Shown one piece after another: positions 24,846 to 39,230 of a DNA stretch of 64,000 nucleotides. The notes beneath the pieces were generated by a model that did not search any database, was not told where the DNA came from, and saw only the letters and a list, made by a program, of their open reading frames with translations. The number at the start of each line of letters is the position of its first letter. The first letter of the stretch is position 1. The DNA is from Hemiscyllium ocellatum. Taxonomy: Eukaryota. The translations under genes and the position numbers were made by a program. Where the stretch lies: NCBI RefSeq assembly GCF_020745735.1, contig NC_083417.1, positions 72,106,001 to 72,170,000 on the forward strand, written 5' to 3'.

Positions 24846-25869
24846 CAATACTATTTGCTCAGGACTGGGCATTTTAATGCAACTTAATAGTCCAGGAGAC
24901 AAATGATACAGGAAGGGCAGAAAGGGAGGCAAGAGAGGAGGGGTGTGGCAATTTTGATAAAGGACAGCATTACAGGTGCACTGAAGAGAATATTTCCAGA
25001 AATGCATCCAGGGAAGTCATTTGGTTGGAACTGAGAAATAAGAAAGGGATCATCACCTTATTGGGATTGTATTATAGGCCCCCTAATAGTCAGAGGGAAA
25101 TTGAGAAACAAATTTGTCAAAGATCTTAGTTATCTGTAATAATAATAATGTGGTTATGATAGGGGATTTTAACTTGCCAAACATAGACTGGGACTGCCAT
25201 AGTATTAAGAGTTTAGATCGAGAGGAATTTGTTAAGTATGTATAAGAAAGTTTTCTCATTCAGTGCGTGGATGTACCTACCAAAGAATTTGCAAAACCTG
25301 ACCTACACTTGGGAATTAAGGCAGGACAGATGACTGAGATATCAGTGGGGGATTACTTTGGGGCCAGTGACCATAATTCTATTAGTTTTAAAACAGCCAA
25401 GGAAAAGGATAGTCCAGATCTAAAAGTTGAAGTTCTAAATTTGAGAAAGACCAATATTGACAGTATTAGGCAAGAACTTTCAAAAGCTGACTGGGGGCAG
25501 ATGTTCACATTTAAGGGTTGGCTGGAAAATGGAAAGCCTTCACAAATAAAATAACGAGAGTCCAGAGAAAGTATATTCCTGTTAGCGTGAAAGGAAAGGC
25601 TGGTAGGTATAGAGAATGCTGGATGTCTAAAGAAATTAAGGGTTTGGCTAAGAAAAAGAAGGAATCATGTGTCATGTACAGACAAAATAGATTGAGTGAA
25701 TCCTTAGAAGAGTATAAAGGCAGTAGGAGTATACTTAAGAGGGAAATCAGGAGGGCCAAAAGGGAACATGAGATAGCTTTGGTAAATAGAACTAAGGAGA
25801 ACCCAAAGAGTTTTTACAAATACATTAGGAATAAAAAGGTAATTAGGGAGAGAATAAGGCCCCTCAACG

Positions 25870-27672
25870 AGCCTTTAATGTCTCGAAATTAATGCTGTCA
25901 TTAAAAGAAACCAACTGCATTCATTCAATCATTGAATCAAACAGCAATTATTGAGTCAATCAATCAAACAGTGTTATTTGATTCAATCTAACAAACTAAA
26001 CTCACTTAGTTTGTTAGATTCAATGAAACAGACTGCCCATGATAATTCAATGCATAGTGTATCTCCCATTCAGTCAATGCCACAAGACTAACGCATTGAT
26101 TCTCTCAAAACAAACTGCACACATTTCTTCCATGAAACAATCTGCACTTGCTAATTCAATGTGTACAGCTTCTCTCATTCATTCAATGTCTCGTGCTAAA
26201 TGCTTTCATTGAATCAAACTGCAATCATTCAATCAAGGAATCGTACCGTATCCAATGATTCAATGAAACAAACTTAACTCATTTATTCAGTGAATCAAAC
26301 TACATTAATTCATTCATTCAATGCAATACATTGCACATGTTAGTTCAAAGAGTAGAGCGCCTGTCATTCATTCAATGCCACGAGGAAAACGTATTCATTC
26401 AATGAAAAAAAACAACACACATTCAATCAATGATACAGACTGCACGTGTGAATTCAAACATTGAATGAGTCACGCTTGACTCATTCGTTCATTCAATGTC
26501 ACGAATTTAACGCATTGATTCAATGAAACAAATTGCACACACTCATTCAATGAATCAGATTGCATGTGTTAATTTCAATGAGTAGAGCTTCTGCCATTCA
26601 TTCAATGCAACGACAAAACATATTCTTTCAATGAAACAAACTGTACGCATTCATTCAATGAAACAGACAGCACATCTTAATTCAATGAGGAGCACCTCTC
26701 ATTCATTCAATGCCACGAGTTTAACGAATTGATTCATGAAACAAACTGCACACACGCATTCAATGAAACAGACTTCAATCATTAATTCAAAGAATCAAAT
26801 ATAATTGAGTGGTTTAATGAAACAAGCTCACTTATTTATGGAGAGAATCCGACAGCATTCATTCATTCAATGAGAAACACTGCAACTGCTAATCCAATGA
26901 ATCGAGCTTTTGCCATTCATTCAATGAAAGAAACTGAACGTGTTCGTGCAATCAAACAAACAACGTGCATTCATTCAATGAAGCAGAGTGCACGTATTAA
27001 TTCAATGAGTAGAGCTTTTCTCGTAAGTTCAATGTCTTGTGCTTAACGAATTCGTTCAACGAATCAAAGTGCAAACATTCGTTCGATTAGAAACACTGCA
27101 AGTGCTAATCGAACTTTTGCCATTCATTCAATGAAAGAAGCCGCACGAGTTTATTCAATGAAACAAACTGCATGCATTCATTCTGTGAAACAGACTGCAC
27201 ATGAGTCGAGCTTTTTCTCGTTTTTTTCAATGTCTCAAAATTAACGCTTTCATTCAAAGAAACCAACTGCATTCATTCAGTCATTGAATCAAACTGCAAG
27301 TATTGATCAATGAATCAAACAGTTTTAATCGATTCAATCTTACAAACATAACTCCTTTACTTCATTCATTCAATGATATACACTGCACGTCTGAATTCAA
27401 AGAATCGAGTGCCTGCCATTCATTCAGTGCCACGAGCAAAAGACATTCTTTCAATGAAACAAACTGCACGCATTCATTCAATGAAACAGACTGCACGTCT
27501 TAATTCAATGAGTACAGCTTCTCTCATTCATTCAATGTGTCGTGCTTAACGCTTTCATTCAACAAAACAAACTGCATTCATTGAATCTTTGAATCAGCCT
27601 TCAATCATTGATTCAATGAATCAAACGTAACTCAATTACGCAGTGAATCAAACTGCACTCGTTTTAACGAAT
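25870..27672. repeat. Interstitial satellite of about 27-bp CAATG-initiated monomers forming an about 107-bp four-monomer higher-order repeat
   Basis: Recurrent cattcattcaatgaaacaaactgca; A/B/C/D monomer cycle visible at 26521-26740. Confidence 0.9.
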
Positions 27673-28082
27673 GTTAAAAAATGTCCATATTACAGAGGAG
27701 GAAGTGTTGGATGTCTTGAAATGCATAACATTAGATAAATCCCCAGGACCCGATCAGGTATACCCTAGAAATCTGTGAGAAGCTAGGGGAGTGATTGCTG
27801 GAGCTCTTACTGAGATATTTGTATAATCGATAGTCATGGGTGAGGTACTGGAAGACCGGAGGTTGGCTAACGTGGTGCCACTGTTTAAGAAAGGTAGTAA
27901 GAACAAGCAGGGGACTATAGACCAGTGAGCCTGACGTCAGTGGTGGGCAAGTTATTGGAGGGAATCCTTTGAGGGGCAGGATGTACTTGTATTTGGAAAG
28001 CCAAGGACTGATTAGGGATAGTCAACATGGCTTTGTGCATGGGAAATCATGCCTCACAAACATGATTGAGTTTTTTGAAGAA

Positions 28083-30970
28083 TTCTTTGATGGAACAAAG
28101 GGTTTGGTTAAAGTGTGTCTGCTTTAACGGAAGGAGTGTCAAAAAAGAGTGATGAAGTTAGAGCATGGATCAGTGCTTGGGACAATGATGTTATGCCCAT
28201 CATGGAGACGTGGGTTTCACAGGGCCAGGAATGACCACGAGATGTTCTAGAGTTTAGAACGTATAAAAACAACATGGAAGGTGGAAAAGAGGAGGGGGTG
28301 TAGCATTGCTAAGCAGAGAGTGCATCGTAGTTACAGAAACAATGGTTAATGAGGAAGGTTTGTCCACAGAATTATGGGTGGAAGCTAGGAACAGCAAACG
28401 AGCAGCCACTGCATTGTGCGTTTTCTACACACCCCATAATAGGAATAGGGAGATTGAAGAACTTGTAGGCTAGCACATTCTGGAAAAATGCAGATGTAGT
28501 AGGGTTGTTGTTACGGGTGACTTCAACTTTCCCAATACTGACTGGAACTTCCTTAGTGCAGATGGTTTGGATGGAGCCATTTTTGTCAGGTGTATTCAGG
28601 AGAGTTCGTTACTCAGCGTGTGGATAGGCCAACGAGGGGAGAAGCCATTTTGGATTTGGTGCTCAGCAATGAGCCAGGACAGGTTTCAGACCTCGCGGTG
28701 GGAGAACACTTTGGTGACTGTGATCACAATTGCCTTACATTTACCATAGTCTTGGAGAGGGAAAGGAACATTTACCAAGGTAATATATTTAATTGGGGAA
28801 AAGGAAATTATGACGCTATCAGACAGGATTTGGGAAGTACAGACTGGGAGTAATTGGTCCACAGAAAGGACACAACAGACATGGGGAGACTTTTTAAGGA
28901 GCAATTGTTACGAGTTATGCACAAATTTGTTCCTCTGAGACAGGTAAGAAGGGGTAATATTAAGAAGCCTTGGATGATGAGAACAGAGGAGCTTCTCATC
29001 AAAAGTAAGAAGGCAGCTTACATAAGATGGAGGAAGCAAGATCTAGCGCAGCGTTAGAGGATCACAGGCTTACCAGAAAGTGGCTCAGGACTGGACTGAG
29101 GAGAGCCAGGATGAGGCACGAAAAAGGCTTGGCAGCAAAGATCAGGGAGAACCCAAAGCTATTTTACACATCCATGCGAAATAAGAGAATGATCAGGGAG
29201 AAGGCATGGCCAGTGAGATATCGCATAGGCAATTTATGCGCAGAGTCTGAGCAGATAGGGGAAGCACCAAATGAGTTTTTTGCTTTGGTTTTCCTTAAGG
29301 AAAGGGACCTTGTTGTGAATGAGAACTTTGAGGAGCTATGAAACAGGCTTGAACAGATCAGGATTGATTAAGTTGATGTGTTGAAAACTTTGGCAAATAT
29401 TAAGATTGATAAGTTCCCAGGGCCAGACCAGATTTATCCCAGGTTGCTCCAGGAAGAGAGAAAGATGTTTGAAGCTGCTGGCGAAGATCTCTGCTTCCTC
29501 ACTCTCCACGAGAGTTGTACCGGAGGATTGAAGGGAGGCGAATGTTGTTCCTCTTTTAAAAAGGAAAATCGGGAAATCCCTCGCAATTACAGACCAGTCA
29601 GTCTTACGTCTGTGGTCAGCAAGGTTTTGGAAAGAATTCTGAGGGATAGGATTTATGACTATTCGGCGAAGCATAGTGTGATTAAAGGCAGTCAGCACAG
29701 CTTTGTGAAGGGCAGGTCATACCTCACAAATCTTATTTATTTCTTGAAGGAGGTGAGAAGACAGGTCGACGAAGGTCAAACAGGACATGTGATGTATATG
29801 GATTTCAATAAGGCATTTTACAAGGTTCCTCATTTGAGAAGGCTCATTCAACAAGTCAGGAGATACAGGATACAGGGAGACTTGGCTGTCTGGATTTGGA
29901 ATTGGTTGGCTAACAGAAGGCAGAAGGTGGTTGTAGATGGAAAGTATTCTGCATGGAGGTCAGTGGTGAGTGGTGTCCCGCAGGGCTCCGTTCTTGCGCC
30001 TCTGCTATTTGTAGTTTTTATAAATTACTTGGATGAGGAGGTTAAGGGGTGGGTTAGTAAATTTGCCGATGAAACAAACTTTGGAGGTGCGGTTGATAGC
30101 ATCGAGGGCTATTATAGGTTGCAGCACAACATAGACAGGATGCAGAGCTGGGCTGAGAAATGGCAGATGGAGTTCAACCTGGATAAATGCAAAGCAATGC
30201 ATTTTGGAACGTTGAACTTGTGTGCTGAATATACGATTAAAGATAGTATTCTTGGCAGTGTGGAGGAACTTGGAGGGATCTTGGTGTTCAAGTACATAGA
30301 TCCCTCCAAGTTGCCACCCATTTGGGTTGTGAAACAATCATATGGTGTTTCGGATTTCATTAACAGGGAGGTCAAGTTTAAGAGCTGTTAGATTTTGCTG
30401 TAGCTCAACAAGTCCCTGGTGAGACCACGCTTGGAATATTATGCCAAGTTCTGGTCGCCCTATTGTAGAAAAGGTACAGAGGCTTTGGAGAGGAAGCAAA
30501 GAAGGTTTATCAGGATGCTGCGTGGACTGGAGGGCTTGTCTTACGAAGAAAGGTTGACTAAACACGGACTTTTCTCTCTGGAGAGAAGGAGGAAGAGAAG
30601 TGACCTGTTTGAGGTATACAAGGTAATGAGACACATGGATAGAGTCAATAACCAGAGACGTTTCCCCAGGGCAGGGTTGACTGGCACGAGGGTTATAGTT
30701 TTAAGACATCAGGAGGAAGGTATGGAGGAGACGTCAGAGATAGGGTCTTTATGCGGAGAGTTGTGAATGCGTGGAATGTCTTGCCAGCGGTGTTGATGGA
30801 AGCAGATTCATTAGGGATATTTAAATGACTGCTGGACATGAACATGAGCAGCAGTGAATTGAGAGGTGCATCAGTTAGGTTATTTTGTTTTAGATTAGAA
30901 ATAATCCTCAGCACAATATCATGGGCTGAAGGGTCTGTTCTGTGCTGTACTTTTCTATGTACAATGTTCT
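28083..30970 (+). mobile_element. Nested CR1 copy covering nearly all of ORF2, disrupted
   Basis: GDFNFP endonuclease motif; 337-aa ORF with YRPVSLTS, SGVPQGS and KFAD; 3' tail near 30960. Confidence 0.88.
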
Positions 30971-32849
30971 TAGTAACAAAGAAGATTGATGAGGGCAAAA
31001 CGATAGCTGTGATCTATATTGACTTCAGTAAGGCATTCAACAATGTTCTCCATGGAGGGAAGTGATCAAGGTTAGATCTCATGGAATACAGGGAGAACTA
31101 GCCATTTGGATACAGAACTGGCTCAAAGGTAGAAGACAGAGGGTGGTGGTGGACAGTTGTTTTTCAGACTGGAAGTCTGTGACCAGTGGAGTGCCACAAG
31201 GATCGGGGTTGGGTCCACTACTTTTCATCATTTATACAAATTATTTGGATGTGATTATAAGAGGTATAGTCAGTAAGTTTGCAGATGACACCAAAATTGG
31301 AGGTCTAGTGGACAGCGAAGAAGGTTACCTCAGATTACAACAGGATCTTGATCAGATGGGCCAATGCGCTGAGAAGTGGCAGATGGAGTTTAATTTAGAC
31401 AAATGTGTGGTGCTGCATTTTGGGAAAGCAAATATTAGCAGGATTTATGCACTTCATGGTCAGATCTTAGAGAGCTTTGCTGAACAAAGAGACCTTGGAG
31501 TGCAGGTTCATAAATCCTTGAAAGTAGAGTCGCAGGTAGATAGGATAGTAAAGAAGGCGTTTGGTATGCTTTCCTTTATTGGTCAGGGTATTGAGTATAG
31601 GAGTTGGGAGGTCATGTTGGGCTATACAGGACATTGGTTAGGCACTGTTGGAATGTTGCGTGCAATTCTAGTCTCCTTCCTATCGGAAAGATGTTGTGAA
31701 ACTTAAAAGGGTTCAGAAAAGATTTACAAGGATGTTGCCAGGGTTGGAGGATTTGAGCTTTAGGGAGACGCTGAAAAGGCTGGGCTGTTTTCACTGGGGC
31801 GTCAGAGTCTGAAGGGTGATCTTATCAAGATTTATAAAATCATGAGGGGCATGGATAGGATAAATAGACAAAGTAATTTCCCTCGGATTGGTTAGTTCGG
31901 AATTAGAGGGCATAGGTTGAGAGTGAGAGGGGAAAGATATAAAAGAGACGTAAGGGGCAACGTTTTCACACAGAGGGTGGCATGTGTGCTGAATGAGCTG
32001 CTTGAGGAAGTAGCGTGGGCTGTGCAATTGCTATATTTAAGGGTCATCTGGATGAGTATATGAATAGGAAGGGCTTGGAGGGTGCTGGAAGGTGGGACTA
32101 GATTGAGTTGGGATATCTAGTCGGCATGGACAAGTTGGGCTGCAAGGTCTTTTTCTGTATTGTACATCTCTATGACTCTATGACTAGATTGAATAAAACA
32201 TTTAAAGAGTTTGATCCTTCAATGATTTCCATGCACTGATTTAAACTAAAGGAATGACAGTTTAATTGAGAGAAAGTCTGGATTCAAGAAAAATAAATTT
32301 ATATTTAGTACTCAGTTTTATTTTTGACAATCAGCAGAAATAAACACCAGAGTTAAAATACTCTAAATCAACAAACTGCTCGAAAACGAATGCAAGCAAA
32401 AGGGAAAATGAGTTCACCAGTAAATTGCATAATATTGTAATGATTTTCTGCTCAGGTAAAATATTATGTAGAGTTATTGACGAGGAATTTAATTACCTGT
32501 GCAACAATGGACACAACGTCTGAAAGAAAGCACTGAGACAATTTGAAGATTGTTTAAAAAATCGCTCGTTGGACATGAACGTTGTTTTCTGGCTAATATT
32601 TATTGCACATCGCTAGTTGACCTTTAAAAACTGTTGGTGAGCAGACTTTCTGAATCACTACAGTATTTGTGCTGCAGATCGACCCATATTCCTCTTAGGA
32701 AAATAAATTACATCTTGACTCAGCGACAATACGTCAGTGATGGAGGGAATGGCCGATTGTGTATGTGGTGTCAATCAAGCGTGATACTTTTACTCGGATG
32801 GTGTCAAAATTGTTGAATATTTGTGAGTTTTGAAACATTTGGAGCTAAG

Positions 32850-34190
32850 GTTGATGTTTTGGATGTGATTTTGCTCGATGAGATGGAAGGTTCAGTTTCA
32901 GATGTCTTGTCATCAAACTAGGCAACATTATCCGAGCCTCAGGTGAAATGCTGATGTTATGCCCGACTTTCTATTTATGTGCTTAGATTTCTTTTTTCCA
33001 GTTCTTTTTGTCAGAGGACGCTAGATGGAGTCTAGATCGATGTGTTTGTTGATAGAGTTCCGGTTGGAATGCCATGCTTCCAGGAATTCTCTTTGTTTGG
33101 TTTGTTGTCGGATGGATATATTGTTCCAGTCAAAGTGATGTCCTTCTTCAACTGTTTATAAGGGATAGTGGTCATGCATTTTTGTGACTGGTTGATGGTC
33201 ATGTATCCTGTTGGCTCGTTGCCTGCATGTCTGTCCAAAGTAGTGTTTATTACAGTCCTTGCAAGGTATTTTGTCAATGACGTTCATTTTAATTGTTGTC
33301 TGTGTAGGATATTTTAAATTCGTTAGCTGCCATTTAAGTGCATTGGTGAGTTTGTGGGCTACCATGATGCCAAGATGTATGAGTAATCTGGCAGACATTT
33401 CAGAGATCTTTTGTTGTAGGGTAAAGTACCTGAGGGTTCTGGGCACGTTTTGTCTGCTTTTTTTGGGGTTGCTTCTGAGAAATCAGCAGACTATTTTTAT
33501 TGGGTCACCATGCTTCTTCAAAACGCTGTATGGGTGGTTTTCTTCTGTTCTTCGTAGTTCCTCGGTGCTGCAGTGTGTGTGGTAGCTCGTTGAAATAATG
33601 TCCTAATGCAGCTTCATCTGTGGTTATTAAGATGTTTGCTTCTGAATTTGACTGTTTGGTCTGTATGTGTTGTTTTCCTGTAGACGCTGCTTTGAAGTTC
33701 CCCACTGAGTGTTCACTCTTCTGTGACATCTAGGAATGGCGGTTTGTTGTTCTTTCTCTTTTGTGAATTTTATGCCAGTAAGAATATTATTGATGGTCTT
33801 GAAGGTTTCCTTTAACTTGTTTCGTTTAGTGATGACGAAGGTGTCATCCATGTAGCTGACCCAAAATTTGGGTTGGATGGTTGGGAGAGCTGTATGTTCA
33901 AGTCTGCATTGCTGCTTCTGCTCAGAACCCTGGTATTGGTGAACCTATGGGTGTTCTGTTGATTTGCTTGTAGGTCTTTTTTATTGAAAGTGAAGTGGGT
34001 GGTGAAGCATAGGTCTATTAGTTTGACGATGCTGTCTTTCTTAAAGAAGTTGGCAGTGTCTGGTGCTTGTGCCTTTGGTTCTTCTAGTAGTGTAGTCAGT
34101 GTTTCTTTGGCCAGGTTGATGTTGACGGAGGTGAACAGGGCTGTTACCTCAAAGGGGGCCATGGTGGATAGGCTTTCGGGAGTAAAGAAA
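32850..34190 (-). mobile_element. Penelope-like retroelement (RT plus GIY-YIG), decayed
   Basis: VTALFTSVNINLAKETL and DDTFVI (RT); KIPCKDCNKHYFGQTCR...RIHDH (GIY-YIG). Confidence 0.85.
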
Positions 34191-37100
34191 TGAGTTACTC
34201 ACCGCAGTATTTCTAGCTTCTGACCTGCCCTTGTAGCCATGTATTCGTACGATGAGTCCAACTGAGTTTCTGGATGCAGATAGTGTGAAATTCAGTGAAC
34301 ATGAAACAGTTGACTGCTGGGGGCGGTGGGTGGGGGTGGGGTGGGGGTGGGGAAGGTGGTTAGATCATCTCCTGTTGAAAATAGTCATTGGTTGGCATTC
34401 GTGTGGCATAAATATAACTTGTTACTTGTCAGCTCACATTTTTAAGGTTTTCTAAGTTCTGTTTTCATTTGCTCATCTTCTGCTTCAGTATTTGAGGAGT
34501 CGCAAATGGTGCTGAAACAATAGTTATTTCAAGGAATGGGGCAAGATATCTTTGACCCTTAAATCATTCACACAGGTAGTGACTATCTAAATCAAAGTAT
34601 ATATTCCCTCTGGAGATCAAAAGACTGGGGACAATTTCAGAACCAAGGGCAAGTTTTTCAAGCAGAGAAGGGGAGGAAATTTGTGACTCGATGGTTGGTG
34701 AACCTTTAAAGATTTTAAGGAATGGAGAACAATGGAGATCATTCGTTGAACAGGCTCAATTCGCACGTTTATGGAGACTAATGATTGTGGAAACGAAAAC
34801 AAAATGTGCAAATTGCGTTAGAGTCATGATCAACCATGATCGAGAATGGCTGGACACTCTTGATGGGCTGCAGGACTTTTCTTTTCCTATGTCCCTTCAT
34901 GATTGACTGCACTTTCAGCAATATTTAATTGCGTGAAACAACCTTTGCCACATCTGCTAATGGCGATTTTCATTCTAATAAACAAGAAATGTAAATTTTC
35001 TAGATGTTAAGGAAGCAATGTGATGTAGGGAGAACGTGGAAACGTTGAATACATAAATTCTTATCGTAGACTGGATTTAATATTCTAATTCATTTTAATA
35101 CCCCATAAAATTTTAAGAGAGTTGGGGTGATGGGAGGCTTCTCTTGGAAGTTTGTACGAAAGGGGTGAGCAGAGCAAATACATAGCAGGCACAGAGACTT
35201 GTACATGTTTATCAATTGGAGGTTAGAAATATAAAGTCACTGCTAATCCTAAAATAAACATATTTATGAGTAACGTATTTTCAGAGGACATGCTCAGGAT
35301 GTGCACTTTGCCGACTCATACAGTACATGAATACGGTGATGTGTTGTTTTTGGGGTGGAATGGGACGTACACATTGTGGCAGAAATGGATTAAATGATAT
35401 TTCCTGTGGTTATTGGATAAAGAAAGAAAATTCTGTGGCTTTTTTGGTGCAGAAGCACTTGGACGGGCATGTTGAGGAATGTTTCTGGTTTATGTGTTGC
35501 AAATACAACATTAAATTATTATGTTACAAGATCTGATATTACAGTTGTAACGAGGCCAATGGGAATATACCAAAATGGAACAGGCCTTTTGTTTCCTCGA
35601 CCCTGCTCTACCATTCAATTGGATTATGGCTAAACCAGCGTTCCTTGCATGCACTTTCCTGGGTTTTGTTTGTTATTCTTGATTCCCCTATTGATCAGAA
35701 ATCTTTCTATGTGAGCTTTAATATGCACAAGGACCCTGCAATCATACTCTCTGTGGCAAGGAGTTCTGAAAAACGTAACCCATTGAGAGAAGGCATTTCT
35801 CCACATCTCAGTCTTAAATTGCTGTTCCTTTATTCTGAAAATAATCGACTACAATCTGAATAGACAAAGGATTGCAACTCCCTTCATTTGAGGCATTCTA
35901 CAATAACGCTTAAATTCTGAAGTTCTTGTTGACATTGAATATGTTAAACAAATGGCAGCGCCTTGAAACACCATCCCCTGCACTTTCTTTCATCATCAAC
36001 TATTTACCATGACTTTTACAGTCAGTCCACTACATGGAGTTCATTATACTAACCAATCAATGGCAACGGCTCACCCCACCCCCTGCTCTTTGCAAATGTG
36101 GTATCACTTCACATTGCTCGCCTTGTTCATCTTTGTCATCGTATATTCTTCCCGATTTCTCCCCTGACTCTGTCTTGCTACTTTGTAGAAGTCTTTAGAT
36201 CCAAAAGAGATGCACAGTTTACATTACAACGGCCCATTTCTTGCTTTGTGGAATAACAATGAACTGCCACAGGACATGAAAAGAAAGTATATATGCAGTG
36301 ATGGGCCATGAGGTACTTGCATCCCTTTCCTAATTTCGTTTTCTCGTCCAATTAATGATTACTACTGCTCCTGTGGTTCCCTTTAGATGTGAGCTGCTAA
36401 ATCAGTCGCTAATTCGTGAGAACATGTAACATGCTGCATTTATTTAAACAACTGCATTATCCCACAGTTATAGAAACCAGCGACTAGCTCAGAAATACAA
36501 TGCAAATTCAGAATAATAAATTCATTTTGAGAAGCAGGGACAGTGCCATTTAGGATTCCGTTAAAAAAAAGAAAATTCTCATCATCCGAAGCAAACGAAG
36601 CAACGTCTATGGGGGAAACAAACGAAATTAATATTGCAGGACACAAGCATTCGCCAGCGCGCCACACAATCTGCAATGGTGTTCAGAAGGAGAGCATTAG
36701 GTTTGATCATTATTCCCAAAGGGTTTTAGGAGCGGTATAAAGTTGACAGTATCTCGCTCATAAACCAAAGCCATGAAGTTTCTTATAGATATTGGAAATA
36801 GATGATGGGCTATTTGTATGAATCAAATCAATGACTTGGAGGGGCTGGTTCAGACTGGGGAGCACAACGTTAAACATTTCAGAACACCAGGTTATAGTCC
36901 AACAGGTTTGTTTGGAAGCGGTAGCTTTCGAGGCGCTGCCTCTTCATCAAATTAAAATAGATTGACTCCGAGTATTGTGGAGGAAACACTGATGCTCTTT
37001 TCATCGATTTGCTGCTTTGGATTCCGTTCCACGACGGCCCTGCCCTGAGACATTCACCTTGCTTCACTGCTTTTCCGGAGTTTACAGTTTATTAAAAAAA

Positions 37101-37374
37101 ATTGTCATCAGGTATCAGTCTGTTACAATTAACAACTGTAAACGAATTCCAGGTCAATACCAGCCAAGAGGTTTAGTTCTGCTGCTCTCGAATACGCACT
37201 TTCCCTCTTACATAAATGAGGTCAGGGTGCCGCTCGTCCCTGTTAACGGACGAAAGCGCATGAAAGTCGGCGTTGACTATGAGACGTGGGAGGAGAATGT
37301 TATTCAAACAAAACGCTATCATTTTCTTCATGAGCAGCGAACACGGCCTAACGCGTCCACACACAATCTCCGCA

Positions 37375-37610
37375 GAGTAACCCATAGACCGTTCCCCTAC
37401 CCTATTACTCTACATGCCCCTTGACTAATGCCCGAACCAACATATCCCTAAACACAATGGGCAATTTGCCGCAGCCAGTTCACCTAACTTGACCATCATT
37501 GTGACTGTGGGATGAAACCCACACAGTCGGACGAGGACGGAATTGAACCCGGGACCTTGGTACTGTGAGTGAGCAGTACTAATCATTGAGTCATCTTGCC
37601 AGCCCGAACA
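37375..37610 (-). mobile_element. Degenerate HE1-type SINE
   Basis: Reverse-complement match to the family. Confidence 0.65.
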
Positions 37611-38119
37611 CAAGGCATCAATTCATGTGATTATGCAAGATAGTGACCTGGAATTCTGTTGGTAATTACGTAAGATTTGGAATGAGGTGATTTTACATTT
37701 GCCATCAGTGGAGCAGTTTCAGTAGAAACTGTATGTAGAGAAAGTGGAGCAGGTTGTGAAATAGTCACAAGGCTTAGCGAGAATGCAAGAATACATAATC
37801 TGAAAATTAAATTTTAGAGTGTTCCAGACACCTGGAAGACAAGCGTAATTCTCTTGGAACAGAAGTAAACAGAAATAACAAGTATTATTGCGTTTATAAC
37901 TCAAGTACATTTTATTAATGCACACTTCTGATGGAAACCAACACTCTACAGTTCAAGATGGCGTGAGCACTCCAGCTGAGGTGGCATTTCTTGGATCAAA
38001 TGTTCAATGGCATTATTCCTAGTTTCTCCACTTGTACTCCGTAGATACAGGACCAACATTCACCACCCAATCTGTCCATGTTGTATCCCAATATCAATGT
38101 ACTGACGAAATGTTAGAAC

Positions 38120-39230
38120 ACAGAACATCGAAAAATGCAGTGCAGTACAAGCCCTTTGGCCCTCGATGTTGCGCAGATCCAAGCCTACACTAGCCCACTT
38201 TCCTCCATATGCCTATCCAATGCCCGTTTAAATGCCCATAAAGAGGGAGAGTCCACCACCTGTCACTGGCAGGGCATTCCATGAACTCACGACTCGCTGA
38301 GTAAAGAATCTACCCCTAACATCTGTCCTATACCTACCACCCCTTAATTTAAAGCTATGCCCCCTCGTAATATCTGACTCCATACTTGGAAAAAGGCTCT
38401 CATGGTCAACCCTATCTGAACCCCTAATCATCTTGTACACCTCTATCAAGTCACCCCAAACCTTCTTTTCTCCAATGAAAACAGCCCCAACTGCCTCAGC
38501 CTTTCCTCATACGATCTTCCTACCATATCAGGCAACATCCTGATAAACTGTCTCTGCACCCGTTCCAGTGCCTCCACATCCTTCCTATAGTATGGCGACC
38601 AAAACTGCACACAATACTCCAGATGCGGCCGCACCAGAGTCTTACACAACTGCAACATGACCTCAGGACTCCGGAACTCAATTCCTCTACCAATAAAAGC
38701 CAGTACACCATATGCCTTCTGCACAGCACCATTTACCTGGGTGGCAACTTTCAGAGATCAGTGTACATGGACACCAAGATCCCTCTGCTCATCCACACTA
38801 CCAAGTATCCGACCATTAGCCCAGTACTCAATCTTCTTGATACTCTTTCCAAAGTGAATTACTTCACACTTAGCGACATTGAACTCCATTTGCCACCTTT
38901 CTGCCCAGCTCTGCAGATAATCTATATCCTGCTGTAACCTGCCACATCCTTCCTCACTGTCAACAACTCCACCGACTTTCGTATCATCCGCAAACTTGCT
39001 CACCCAACCTTCTAGCCCCTCCTCCAGGTCATTTATAAAAACGACAAACAGCAATGGTCCTAAAACAGATCCTTGCGGAACACCACTAGTAACTGCACTC
39101 CAAGATGAAACTTAACCATCAACTACTACCCTCTGTCTTCTTCCAGCCAGCCAATTCCTAATCCAAACCTCCAACTCCCCCTCAATGCCATACCTCCGTA
39201 TTTTTTGCAGTTGCCTACCATATTCTGTTT
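38120..39230 (-). mobile_element. CR1 RT and 3' fragment
   Basis: FINDLEEG..KFADDTK and RPHLEYCVQFWSP peptides. Confidence 0.9.

Larger units (their letters stand above)
24860..32190 (+). mobile_element. Host CR1 element (endonuclease through 3' tail), interrupted by the satellite and by a second CR1
   Basis: Collinear pieces 24860-25868, 27673-28082 and 30972-32190; ORF 31062-31706 carries SGVPQGS and KFADDT RT motifs. Confidence 0.85.

Noticed and set aside
25870-27672. CRISPR-like repeat/spacer array
   Set aside because: Eukaryotic context; the monomers are degenerate and cyclic, with no unique spacers and no cas genes.
29378-30391. 337-aa ORF as a host gene
   Set aside because: It is a CR1 reverse-transcriptase fragment of a disrupted LINE.
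36440-36676. ORF with LHCISELVAGFYNCG resembling an Ig F strand
   Set aside because: No B-strand Cys, C-strand Trp or J-like motif at the proper spacing.
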